A DNA stretch of 64,000 nt from Octopus sinensis (Eukaryota): contig NC_043015.1 of assembly GCF_006345805.1 (NCBI RefSeq), positions 18,476,001-18,540,000 on the forward strand, written 5' to 3'. A model generated the notes under the pieces. It had not been told where the DNA came from, made no database searches, and saw only the letters and a list, made by a program, of their open reading frames with translations. Below are positions 11,814 to 24,264 of this stretch, one piece after another (the first letter of the stretch is position 1; each line of letters starts with the position of its first letter). The translations under genes and the position numbers were made by a program.

Positions 11814-14217
11814 AACAATAAACACGATGAGGACAAATATCCGTCAAATATAAATAATGTAAATAATATTTGTAAGATTTACTTTAAAATTAATTCAACG
11901 CGAACTGGAGTCGTTCTGTTTATTTTTTTTGTTTTGTGTTTGAAAGTTCATTGTACTGTCTTCTTAACCAATACTTAACTAATGTTTTAATATTCAGAAA
12001 TTCCAAAGCGACGAGCTGGAGAAAATGCTTTGTGTCATTTCTTACGACTTTGCGTTCTGAGTTCAAATGCCTTCGGAGTCAACTTGCCAAAGTTTGAAAA
12101 CAATATTCATAAATTCTGATGATTCGCTGTGCATCGTAACAATTATAAGAAATTTTTCGTCATTATTATAGCCCCAGCTTGACGGATTATTTTTTCTAAA
12201 CAGTGATAAGAATACACATAAAAGTGTAAACTCCAAATAACTGACCAATACAGTGACTTGCTGACTCATGCTCGAATACTTAACTTTAGATAACTTTTCA
12301 CTGTATGGATATTACATGTTATGATTATGTAGAACAAGAAAACAGAAATAATTTGAAATTTCAGATTGAAACTTAAGAACATCAAGGTGTGTTGGTGCCT
12401 CCTTATATCTATGCAAGAAATGTTGTTCTTTAGAAACTTTTGCAATGAATGTGAATAATAATGCTTACTTGTACATTTGTAGCTTTTGCACGGAAGGCGT
12501 CAAATATGTTGGGAATGTGTAGATTTAGCATAAACTAAATCTGCTGTTCTTTGGAAATCTTTAGAAGCTGTGTGTAATCTGTTTGTACACCCAAGTGTAA
12601 ATATGCATATTTTGGTTGTTTTGGATACATATACGTGTACAACATTTGTGGAATTAGATAGAGCATTTATTGAGGAAGGTAGAATAACGAATGAATCATT
12701 AACTACAACATATTGTACATATTAAATGTAATTAAACTTATATAATAGTTGGTGAGTGATAATAGTTTTCCCCTTATAAACACATTTAATGGAATGATAA
12801 TGTACCCAAGGATGGCCCATTCTGGTATTTAAGCAAAAAATTCAGATTGTTCGTAATTAAAAGTCTGATTTAAAAGAAAAATTCGAGAGAGTAGAACTTT
12901 TAAGATTTAGTGTGGGGTAGGGTGGGATAGGGATGGGGAGGGAGCGTTCAAAAATTTTAAAAAATCGTTTTGTCATAATGTATTCCCGTGTGTGGAATCC
13001 AATTTCTCAAAAATTTTCTGAAAATTAAAAAAAAATAAAGAAGTAATAAAGGGTTATATGGGGTGCTTAAGCCAGAATTCCGACGAAGCAACAATATGCA
13101 AGAATGAAGTGGAAATGTTAGGTTTTTCTGAATTACGTCTACAGGGATATTTTTACAGAAAATAATGTATTCATGCTGAAAAACTGTATTGGGAATAATT
13201 TTGGTGTCACATTGTCTGCTAATGTCAGCCGGTGCAGTCTGTAGCTCATACCTCCGCCCTTGTGAAACTAAGACAAAATCGACCTTGGTGGATTTAGAAA
13301 TCAAAGTAGTCTCTCTGATGTTTCGGATATATTCGCCCCAACTTAATCAGAAGATAGATATCTTCTACTTATTCTATGAATCAATTATTTAACGTTTCCC
13401 TTTCAGATTTATCCATCAACGAATGTCTCAGTTACAGATGTAGGAGTTGTTTTGCGACCATCACTTCTACCACCATGACCACGACCCCCCACCACCATAT
13501 ATAAATGTTTGAAGAGGGATAAAACACATTGAGTGAGTCTATGTTGAATATAATTTCAAATAGATTGTCTACTTGATATGAAAAATATAATAGAAGCCCA
13601 GCTGAAAATATAAATTAGCAATAAAATAATGCCATGATGTTATTTTATCTTGGAGTAGCAAATCTAGATAACTTAGTAGCCTAGGGGAACAGTATATAAA
13701 ATTAAAAAAATGAAAAAAAAAAAAAATGGAAATATTCATAGCAAAAGACCGAAATTAACCGATGTTTGGGACATATGAGATTTGGAAGGAAATGAAGAAT
13801 TTCAAAACGTGATTGTTATCAAAAGATTGAAGATAGAAGCCAATTAGAGAATTCTCGCAACAATATCTGCTTAAATTAATGCCGCCCTCGTGACAAAATC
13901 AATACATTGGTAATTTTCACAGAGTCAATACAGTAATTCAATGCAATAATATTTAACTGAATACCGTTATTTTTTTTCCAGCTATATATTTTATCCTCAA
14001 CAATGGAAAACGTTATTTTTGTTATTGGTTTTTCGACTTTAATTATTATATTTATATAAAACTTTCAATTATATATTCAATCAGTACATAAAACATATTC
14101 ATTTCTTTTCAAATAAAATACAATAACAGCTAATATAACACTTAAAATATTAAATTAAAATGCTGCTCAATATTAAAAAAATTACTTAATATCTTACTTT
14201 AAGAGAAATTAATTGGA

Positions 14218-15373
14218 TCTGTTCAGTTTGGCTCACAGATTTCTTAATTATTATTTTTTAACTAAACAGTTTGAAACTTCGTATACTGGTGGAATGTCTC
14301 ACGCAGAACACGGTTTACTTTGAACATGTTTGACAAAATTTGATATTTTAGAAGTTATTTCGTGTTAAAGTTGTCGTATTTGGGTAATTTCAACTTATCA
14401 ACGACGTGTATTCAGCTGAAGAAAGATACTGCTATTTGCGATAGTAATCGAAGAGGAACAACTTCTGGGTCATCTCTACTAAATGTCACTACTCTGTTCC
14501 ATTTTATTTTTTGTTTACTGCCTGTATTGCATATTACACGCTTTTTTTTGGTCTTCGCATCGGAGTAACTAGTAGACATCGAAGAATCAATACCATGAAG
14601 GAAGAAATATTATTTACATATATTTATTCGTTTGCTCGACATCGTTGTTTGATTCACACATAAAGCACACCGGTTTTTAAAAGACCTATAAGAGCTACGA
14701 GTCCGCAGCTAGCTTTTTTGTTGTTGAAGTGCATGTAGTTTCAAAATACCTTATATTACAACTTTGGGATGTATTGTTATTGTCATGATTTTATCTTACA
14801 TGATTTTTTATCTTACATGATTTTTATCTTACTATAATCAACAACAGACACATTTCGTCAATATAAAAGTCTTTATTAGATTAAAAATAACATTATCAAA
14901 ACATGGAGGTAAAACAAAACAAATAACGGCTTATACACCGAAAAATACGGTAATTATAGTGTCAGCGACAAGTTCGCTCACTGGTTGCTAGTTGATAGTG
15001 TAGAAGGGAGGGAAAGAGTAAGGAATGTACGGTGCTGACTAGAAGGGAAGAAAAGATAACGGTGATATCGTCTTTGCTCGACACACGAATAGAACAGAGT
15101 GGTGACATTTAGTAGAGATGACCCTGAAGTTGCTCGTCTTCGATTACTATCGCAAACAGCAGTATCTTTCTTCAACTAAATACACGTCGTTGATTGGTTG
15201 AAATTACCCAAATACGACAACTTTAACTCGAAATAACTTCTAAAATACTAAATCTTGTCAAAAATGTTCAAAGTAAACCGTGTTCTGCGTGAGTCATTCC
15301 ACCAGTATACGAAGTTTCAAACTGTTTAGTTAAAAAAAATAAAATTAAAAATCTGTGTGCCAAACTGAACAGA
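14218..15373. mobile_element. Non-autonomous DNA element with ~280-bp terminal inverted repeats
   Basis: 14218-~14500 (tctgttcagtttggctcacagat...actctgttc) is the reverse complement of ~15092-15373. The interior is non-coding. Confidence 0.85.
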
Positions 15374-15429
15374 CGTTTTTTCTAGGTATTTATATCGTTT
15401 CTCGCCTCCTACCTCCCTCCCTCCCTCAC

Positions 15430-15670
15430 TGGCATCGGCCGCGCCAGTGCCGGTGGCACGTAAAAAGTGCTATTCGAGCGTGCTCGATGCCAGTGCCATC
15501 TGACTGGCCCCCGTGCCAGTGACACTAGAAAAGCACCCACAATACTCTCGGAGTGGTTAGTGTAGGACATCCAGCTGTAGAAACCTTGCCTGAACAGACT
15601 GGAGCCTCATTGCAGCCTCCTGGCTTGCCAGTTCTCAATCAAACCGACCAACCCATGCCAGGATGTTCGC
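15430..15670 (+). mobile_element. Interspersed repeat fragment (SINE/LINE-tail-like)
   Basis: GC-rich gccagtgccggtggcacgtaaaaag...catccagctgtagaaaccttgcc...caacccatgccag resembles a common octopus repeat (recalled, not searched). Confidence 0.4.
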
Positions 15671-15974
15671 CGAATGTTCTACATATAGATAAATTATCAT
15701 TTCCCAGCACAGTATGCACTCTTGCATTACATTCTCTGTTCACATTTCCAATATGTTTTTTCACCATATTTTCTATCGATCCTATAAACAAAGTTAAGAT
15801 CATCAACTAATTTCACACCGCCTCTGCTAGTTCCCACTTGATAGACCATTGTAATAAGTTGGCTACACACACACAAAAAAAAAAAATGTCGAATGAATAA
15901 AGAAAATTTAAATGAGTTAAGAAATTACATTACCCTTTCTTATTGGTTGAAACAATTAAGTATGAAGCAACTCA

Positions 15975-16110
15975 TCTTTTGTTTTGCGGCAAAATTGTCT
16001 TGCGCCGAACTTTCCTATGCGGCAAACTTTCTTACGGCCCAAAATCCCGAGGCGAATATTCCCGCAGCAAAAATGTTTGCGGCGAACTTTCCGGTTACGA
16101 TCGATAGCGA
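15975..16110. mobile_element. MULE-like terminal region with gcggcnaa subrepeats
   Basis: Six degenerate ~17-nt repeats (gcggcaaaattgtct, gcgccgaactttcc, gcggcaaactttct, gcggcgaactttcc). Confidence 0.45.
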
Positions 16111-16139
16111 CATTGAATGCAGCAGCTTTTTGTAATCCA

Positions 16140-17345
16140 ACTTTTCATTTTATTGTTACGTTTTCAGCTCTTTCAGTTATATGTCTCTCATTGAGCAATT
16201 GTGTAACTACATTCGTTGCCTTTATTTTTGGTTTCAAGTATTTGAACAAAAACAGAAGTGCCTTTTTTATAACTAAAAACAACCCTTTTTATGGTTTCAC
16301 TTTTCTCATCAGAGTTTTTAGATGTAGTCTGGTGTCTAGTTTGATTGTGTCTTTGTACACTTGATGTACGACATACGACAGATTCACAGAACACAGTCCC
16401 ATCATTTTGTTGTACAAATCCATACTCAGTTCTTCAGAAATCTTGAAATGAACGAACGTCAAATTTTTGTCTTTTGTTATTCCTCTTGGGGCACTATATA
16501 TTGATAATATTAACATGTGTATAAACCCTTAAACCAGATTTTACAAATACAAATAAAAATAACTGACTAAAAATAATTAGAATAAAATATATAATAAAAA
16601 AATAAAAAACAAGAAACTGAAATATATTCAATGAATAAATTTTCGTAATAATAAAAATAATTAGATTAAAATAAATGGTAAAAATAAACAGAAAAAAAAG
16701 ACAGCTTGACTCAGAAAGGAGAAATTGAAACCAAAGAAAATAAGTATAATTTTTGGCTTTTAATGTTTGTTTGTCTTTGAAAACCCTTCTTACTACCGCT
16801 TTTTCTTTCCATTTAATATAAAACTGGCCTCAAAATGAGATGATAATTTTAAAAGAGTCCAATTATAGATGACCCGCAAAGTAGGAGCCCCTTTTTAAGA
16901 GTGTCTTTATTTAGACTGGCCGCTGTAAGGTGGTTAATTTATTTTAACATATCACGATCTGCACTGCTAAATATACAACTGATTTCCAAAAATAGGGGTT
17001 TGCAGCTCTAGCTCCTGGCTTAAGTAATAAAGTAGATATAAATGCTTTAAGCGCCACCTTACAAACATGTTAATTGCTTGGTATCGTCAAAATTATTTAT
17101 GTTCACTAGTTCTATATTATTAAGGAAATGTAATACTACCAAATACAGCTAAATTCAGATAGTGTAGGTTAGAGTAGATGGATCATAAAAAAAAGATGTA
17201 ACGATGTAATTTAATTATTATGATGTCGCTTTCTGAAATATAATTATAAGCAAAAATTTACGTTTATTTTTTGCCAAGAAGCGTACTTGCCATTGTTGGC
17301 CCGCGTGTCACACATGGCATGCGTGCCACAGGTTGCCAACGTCTG
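16140..17345 (-). mobile_element. hAT (Charlie/SPIN-like) transposon relic, 5' terminus and BED-finger fragment
   Basis: Terminus cagacgttggcaacctgtggcacgcatgcc at 17345. 16190-16500 reads SAPRG...EYGFVQQNDGTVFCESVVCRTSSVQRHNQTRHQ, a decayed BED finger. The intervening sequence is not verified as part of the element. Confidence 0.6.
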
Positions 17346-18332
17346 TACTGGACTATTAAGATCTGCCATCATCATTTATTTGTATTTTGCGAGTAATTTC
17401 ACATTCACGAGCAAATAGTTTGGGTAAAAGAGATGGTGTAAGCAAATGGCTCAGCCTTGCATTTTTCCAAAATGTCTGTTATCAGCTGAATCATTGGCAT
17501 TTCTGAGTATTCTAAATCTTCCCAAGTTGATAACTCCTTTGTTATACGATCTTACTTATATACATAATATACATTTTCTAAACGCTTGTTCATAAATCTC
17601 TGTTCAGTTGTTCATACAGCTGTCTTCTGCATCATATTCTTTATTGTCTTTTAAGTGCTTTGATTACATTCATAACAAATAAGAAATTCTCATTATTTTG
17701 TCAAAATCGTTTCTTACATGTCAAGTTTTATTCAATATTTAATAAATCAATATAATGATCTGAATTTATTGAAATGTTATGGTCTATAGTTAAACGAATT
17801 TTATGGAGAATATTCTAAGTTTACAGTAGGATGGGAATGGGTCGGCGAATGCTGCGACCGAATCCAATGTATATTAATACAGAAACCTAGCTATAGAAAT
17901 TTCAGTTGTATCATTATCTAGGGAAATAAATCACGTGTTTAATCAATCTGTATGTTAATCTAAGTTTTAGCAACTACATGAACTTTCTAAAGTTTGTTCT
18001 AAATTCAGTTTTGTTCTGTATTCGTTAATGAAAATAAGTGTTGAAATTTCTGTTTTTACTTTCAATAGTTGTATATAAAAGTAAATTAAAATAAATAAAA
18101 TATTTAATATTCTACCATTTTTTTTGTTCTGAGAACAATACTAATGTCTGATGCAATAGAATGGTGATCTGAATCTTTGTTCGTTCCTAATATATCAAGG
18201 ATTAAGTTTGCATCAATGCAGTTGTGAATATCCAAGTAAGGCACAAGCAAAAACAGCGCAAAAACAAACATCCGTCCCACTTCAGAAAAAAACATGTTAT
18301 TCGTTGCAGAGAAAAAAAAAAGATTAACCAAC

Positions 18333-18720
18333 GTGGCTGTGTGATAAGTAGCTTGCTAACCAACCACATGGTTCCGGCTTCAGTCCCACTGCGTGGCATC
18401 TTGGGCAAATGTCTTCTGCTATAGCCCCGGGCCGACCAATGCCTTGTGAGTGGATTTGGTAGACAGAAACTGAAAGAAGCCTGTCGTATATATGTACATA
18501 TATATGTGTGTGTGTGTATGTCTGTGTTTGTCCCCTAGCATTGCTTGACAACCGATGCTGGTGTGTTTACGTCCCCGTCACTTAGCGGTTCGGCAAAAGA
18601 GACCGATAGAATAAGTACTGGGCTTACAAAGAATACGTCCCGGGGTCGATTTGCTCGACTAAAGGCGGTGCTCCTGCATGGCCACAGTCAAATGACTGAA
18701 ACAAGAAAAAAAAAAAAAAA
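18333..18720 (+). mobile_element. tRNA-derived SINE, family B (ggcgcaggagtggctgtgtgg head, internal (TG)n, A-rich tail)
   Basis: gtggctgtgtgataag, ccggcttcagtccc, ttgggcaaatgtcttc, gacaaccgatgctggtgtg...gcagtcaaatgactgaaacaag. Confidence 0.85.
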
Positions 18721-18806
18721 GAAGAACGTATCGACCATTCAGACAGTTCTTCATTCTGACAAAAGAAATGTGAAGAGAAAGGGAAAATGGAAAACACACA
18801 CATGTA

Positions 18807-18943
<137 letters not shown>

Positions 18944-18997
18944 TGTGTGAATGCAGTGAGTTTGGGTAGAGATGGGTGGTATGGAATGTGTGTATAC

Positions 18998-19200
18998 TGG
19001 CGGAGTGATCCCGAGCGGGAGTGATCTCAAGCGGGAGTGATCTCAAGCGGGAGTGGTCCCAAGTGGGAGCGATCCCGAGCGGGAGTGATCCCAAGAATTG
19101 AAGTGATGGGGACCTGAATGACCTCGTACTGTTGCGTGGACGTCGAACAAATGTTCCATAAAGCGATCGAATGCAGTAGAATAGAAAAGTGAGTTCGGAT
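18998..19200 (-). mobile_element. MULE-like terminus with a 16-bp tandem array
   Basis: cgggagtgatcccgag repeated ~6 times (19001-19094). The adjacent minus-strand SIALWNICST weakly resembles the MULE LWN motif. Confidence 0.35.
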
Positions 19201-21250
19201 CGTGTAAGGTAGTGATGTTCTAGACGACGGAAGCAAGGGTAGGCAAGCGATCTAGAAGACTTGGTAAACTACTATGGTTTATCTCAGTATAGTGTAAAGA
19301 TACAATTATTAATGTTGCACACACATTTTTCAAAATCACAGGAAAGCTTGTAGAATACGACGGAAACTACGGCTGCGTGCCAAATTCTCTGGTTTTGTTC
19401 CGCTATCACATCTCTTCAAACCTTGATGAAATTAATTTTGCTCTTTAATTTCTGCATCAAAAAGTACCAATTATGTATTGAAATCCCTTCAATCGACTAT
19501 AATTCTTTTCTACATATTTTTAGCTTCAAACCAATAAACAAAAGTATTTTCTATATTGTACTGAAATATCAGATTTACTTGGAAGGGAAATAGAGTTGTT
19601 GCATTCAGGTTTTTCCCAAATGTCTTAGTAATATGGCTTAAACTTTGAAATATATTTAAGCTGTCTAAAAGTAATTTACATTATCTTAAAACGGAAGAGT
19701 GTTTAAAATGTTTCGAAAAAGCTCCATATTATTTCTCAGGGTATTACATTTGAAAACGAAAACTTGGGGCTTTCAATTCAGTTAGCTATTATCACAGAGT
19801 AAGAAAAAATTGCATAGTTTTTGAAGCAAAATTTTGATGTATTTCTCACTCTTTCTAGTTTTGAAAGTAATTTCGTATATAAATGGAAAACGTCAATGCA
19901 AAATATTTCTCTTCACTTTTTTTGATACGCTTTCAGTGGAAATGTCAATATAGTATTAACATAGCCCTTAGCACATTAATACTAGATTCAGTTTGACCTC
20001 GTAAACATAACCATCTTTTCTAGCCAGGATAAAACTTGATGTCAAAGTTTCTTTATCACCTCCTGATCCATGTTAATCACTGAAGTTATTGCACAGGTGA
20101 CTAATTTCGATTTGGAATTAAATCCTGCTAGGATTTGATCCTTCAGTCAATAGCAGTTGGCGTATTGGAATGGGATGAAAAATAAAAATCAACAAAAAAG
20201 GGGAAAAAGAGCAGGAAATCCAATTAAACCCGTTGAAGCCTGAGATATCTATAGATTATGTAATGATTAGCGTCACTGTCCTCTGAACAAAGAATGTAAA
20301 GTAAAGACTTTTGCTAGCATTTCTATACGTACAGTTACAATTTGCATATACGTTTGAAAAATATTGAGAAATTATTGCTTTGCTTATTGGAAAAGGAGTG
20401 AGAAGCAGCCGAATGGATGAGGTGTTAGACTATCTGTGAGTTCAAGTTAACTGTAGATGTTACGTTGCATTTCTGGCCAGATAATTTAGCATACTTGGTG
20501 TCGAATTTGAGAATAGGAATCAAATCAGAGTATCCTGTTAAAGAGAAAATATATAATTTATCTGTTTAACGATAATGCAATTGGAATTAAGAGCCGATAT
20601 TAACTAAACCAGAGGTTAATTAAACGATTAACTGTCTTTACTTATTTACTTGATATGAACATAAGATCTTTGCCTAGGAAATCAGTTCCATGTATTATTA
20701 ATTTTTCATAGTTCGTTGAGAACTTTTCAGTCAAATGAAAATACTTGTTTCGAATGCTTCTATGTGAATTATACATACAATATATATATATATTTTATAT
20801 ACATTAAAAGTATGATACTAGTGGAACATTTCAGTAAAAACAACAACCCACTATAAATACGGCAGGCCAAAATATTATTCTATGTTTGGTTCAGAACCGG
20901 AAAAAGAACATCTACGGAGCATTAGCAAGAAACTTACAGCTATTATATCCAGTCTATTGATTTTTAATTGTAACTATTATAAATACATTGAGCTATGTAT
21001 CAATATATTTACATCAAAACCTTCAAATGATAGGGTTCCCCAGACGAAAAAATGGCAAAGTAGACAAGAGTTTGAAGATAAGCCGATTAACTCCTGATCA
21101 ACAAAAATGTGAGATCAAATGTGTGACGGCATGCATATGGTCACAGTCTGGTTGGATTATAAGAAATTGTTTAATTCTGTTTGTCACTCTTGGATATTAG
21201 AAAGCCTGAGACTTGCTGAAGTTTCAGAGACTAGAGTCAGAGCTCAAGAT

Positions 21251-21599
21251 CAGTGATTCTCAACAGGGGTCTATATGGCCCCTGAGGGTCTGTATAAGAG
21301 TTTGGGAGGTCCACACAACAAAATAGTAAATTGGGGATCAGAAATAGTTGTTTAAGAGTCCATAAAAAAATACTTTCGATGTATTTATTGGTTGGTATGT
21401 ATTGCAAGAAAACAACTAGATTTATTTCTCTAACACTTCACACAGTTCAACCTACACATGTTTATATGTGAAAAACAAGAGTAATTTTGAAAGAAGTTTC
21501 TATAAAACTAGTTTTTAAACATCGAATGGCTGTGGGGCTCGACCAGAATAAAATAGTTATCAAAGGGGTCCATCAGTAAAAAATGGTTGAGAACCCCTG
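21251..21599. mobile_element. hAT-type MITE
   Basis: Termini cagtgattctcaac and gttgagaacccctg are inverted repeats. No clean 8-bp TSD remains. Confidence 0.7.
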
Positions 21600-22227
21600 C
21601 CTTAGAAAATCTATGTTTATTCTGGACCACCAATTGTAAAGCCAAATACAGGAAGTGATTGCATTGCTCGGTGATGGAGGTGCTATCGTTGGTAATATTG
21701 GCCGTGGTGCCGGTAGCCTCGCTGGTGCTGCTGGTGTTGGTGTGGTCAACCTCTCCAACAACATTGACGGTACTGACAGCAGCGGCAGAAACACCAGCGC
21801 TGACACCAACGATCCCAGCTGTAGAATACTAAAAAATGCCCTGAAAACTGGATCATAGAACACTCGCCAGGAAATTTAAAGTCCTTGCATCCATTTCAAA
21901 CGCTACCTGCTGCAAGCATGAGATTCCCCGTTCTCCAATTAGACCCGGAGGAGTCCTTACCATCTAAAAGCAGCTCAAGGCATAAATCCTCTGTTCCTCT
22001 TCTTTTGGCCCACAGGAACTGTTCTAAGGGAGACAACCTGTCATCACTGACCCCGGAATATTTATTCTTTGGTGACTAAGTGACCAAATGCTCGTAACGG
22101 ATTCCTGCCTCCCGGAGCTGAAGAGTTACATTTGTAGTCTGACGAGACGTTCACAGGGCTAAGTCTTTTATGGATGCGAAACTATTAGTCACTCTATGAC
22201 CGGACACACACACACGCACGCGCGCAG

Positions 22228-22262
<35 letters not shown>

Positions 22263-22264
22263 TG

Positions 22265-22545
22265 TTGTTGTATTTAGGAATGGTCATTTTGCCAGTTTAG
22301 CCAATAAAAACACACGCGCTATATATTTGGTGTTAATTAGTTTCTGCGTTATTTATTTTTTACATTAATCTTAATTTTATTTCGGCCAGAGTTCCTTCGT
22401 CACACTTCTGTGACCTCAGCAGTGGTCCTTTGCTTTCTTCTTTCTTATTTGTTTGTCTCTCCTTACGAACGGTCAGCCATTTCTGATTTGACTTTTGGCT
22501 AAAAAGCAACATCAATATATTTTTTCATCACTATCATCATCTATG
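22265..22545. mobile_element. Short PLE-like repeat carrying a hammerhead motif (second copy at 58640-58870)
   Basis: ggaatggtcattttgccagtttagccaataaaaacacacgc...tttcggccagagtt..ttcgtcacac is shared with 58640-58870. Confidence 0.7.
22386..22425 (-). ncRNA. Minimal hammerhead motif (two core substitutions)
   Basis: Reverse complement reads CCA-CTGCTGA-G-GTCAC agaagt GTGAC-GAAG-GAAC-TC-TGG. Confidence 0.55.
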
Positions 22546-22549
22546 TATG

Positions 22550-22705
22550 CATGGCTGTGTGGTTAAAACGTTTGCTTCTTAACCACACGATTGGAGGAGC
22601 GGTCCCTCTGCATAGCATCTCGAGTAAAAGTCTTCTATTGTGGTTTTAGTCCTACTAAAGCCTGTGTGAGTGGATTTCGTAGACGGAAACTGAGAGGAGC
22701 TTGCA
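22550..22705 (+). mobile_element. SINE family B, 5' part
   Basis: tggctgtgtggttaaaacgtttgcttcttaaccacacg...gagtggatttcgtagacggaaactga. Confidence 0.75.
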
Positions 22706-22708
22706 TTT

Positions 22709-23352
22709 TGTGTGTGTGTGTGTGTGTATGTGTGTGTGTGTGTGTATGTGCGCATGTGTGCGTGTGTGTGTGCGCGCGCATGTGTGCGTGTGTGTGTGTT
22801 CGTGTATATCTTTACATCATGTCATAATAAACAAGAGGCACTGGCATGCAAGCGGAGTCATTTATTTGCAGCGTTTTGTGGAAACATGTCCAACTATGGC
22901 GAAATATTATTATCTTGCATGGAAACAAGTGAGGTCTGATAACGAAGGGCATCTAGTCATAGAAAATGTTTTTCAATCTCCTATTGCAAGTATGAAAAGG
23001 TGGGTGTTAAAAGGCTGATGATGATAATATGTGTGTGTGTGTGTGTGTGTATGTGTGTGTGTGTGTGTATGTGCGCATGTGTGCGTGTGTGTGTGTGCGC
23101 GCGCATGTGTGCGTGTGTGTGTGTTCGTGTATATCTTTACATCATGTCATAATAAACAAGAGGCACTGGCATGCAAGCGGAGTCATTTATTTGCAGCGTT
23201 TTGTGGAAACATGTCCAACTATGGCGAAATATTATTATCTTGCATGGAAACAAGTGAGGTCTGATAACGAAGGGCATCTAGTCATAGAAAATGTTTTTCA
23301 ATCTCCTATTGCAAGTATGAAAAGGTGGGTGTTAAAAGGCTGATGATGATAA
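22709..23352 (+). repeat. ~320-bp tandem duplication (two near-identical units)
   Basis: 22709-23028 and 23029-23352 are identical outside the (TG)n stretch, giving duplicated ORF translations. Confidence 0.95.
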
Positions 23353-23741
23353 TATGTGTGTGTGTGTGTGTGTGCGTGTTTATATATATATATATATACA
23401 TACATACATACATACATACATACATACATACATACATACATACATACATACATGCATACATGCATGCATACACACACATATATATATATATAAAAGAAAA
23501 AATGGGATTAAAAAATTCTAGCAGATATCAAGTAAGTACTCAGTATAAAGGAATAAGCAGTAAATGTATGTAGAATACAAATCCCAGGTTAATCCTCATG
23601 AATGAAAGATAAATCCAACAATCCTTATGTAGAATTTTAAGAACTTCAGAGTATTCAACAACAAAGAATAATATGTACGAAGAAAATCATATCTTTATTT
23701 TAGATGACACCTTAAAAATCCAACAATTGTTTCAATCGCAT

Positions 23742-23816
<75 letters not shown>

Positions 23817-24033
23817 AAATTAATAATAATATGTTCGAAAATTTATGTCAGCACAGCATTATTAAGGTAATCCAAAGTGGTGAAATTCTAACGGAATATC
23901 TGAAAAAAATTTAGCTGTTAAAAAACACTAAGGAATAGAAATGCCAAACCAAATTTAGACATTCAGTCAACCAAGAGTGACGTCATTGAATAACTAACTT
24001 GCATTATAAAAATAAAATGTAAAAAATATCAAA

Positions 24034-24196
24034 GGCGCAGGAGTGGCTGTGTAGTAAGAAGCTTGCTTACCAACCACATGTTTCCGGGTTCAGTCCCACT
24101 GTGTGGCACCTTGAGCAAATGTCTGCAGATATAGCCTCGAGTCGACCAAATCTTATGAGTGGATTTGTTAGACTGAAACTGAAAGAAGCCCGTCGT

Positions 24197-24264
<68 letters not shown>

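Larger units (their letters stand above)
11062..11868 (+). mobile_element. Penelope-like element insertion: inverted tail + GIY-YIG fragment + pLTR, with 13-bp TSD
   Basis: Translates MYSIPCSCGRLCKDETCRPLKIRVEEHRKAV...IADHVW...VKIIDREHQWKIRKLKEAAH (GIY-YIG). 11062-11171 is an inverted copy of the 3' tail. tttgtaagattta occurs at both 11049-11061 and 11869-11881. Confidence 0.85.

Noticed and set aside
19001-19094. Possible CRISPR-like array
   Set aside because: The repeats are directly tandem with no unique spacers, the context is eukaryotic, and no cas genes are present.
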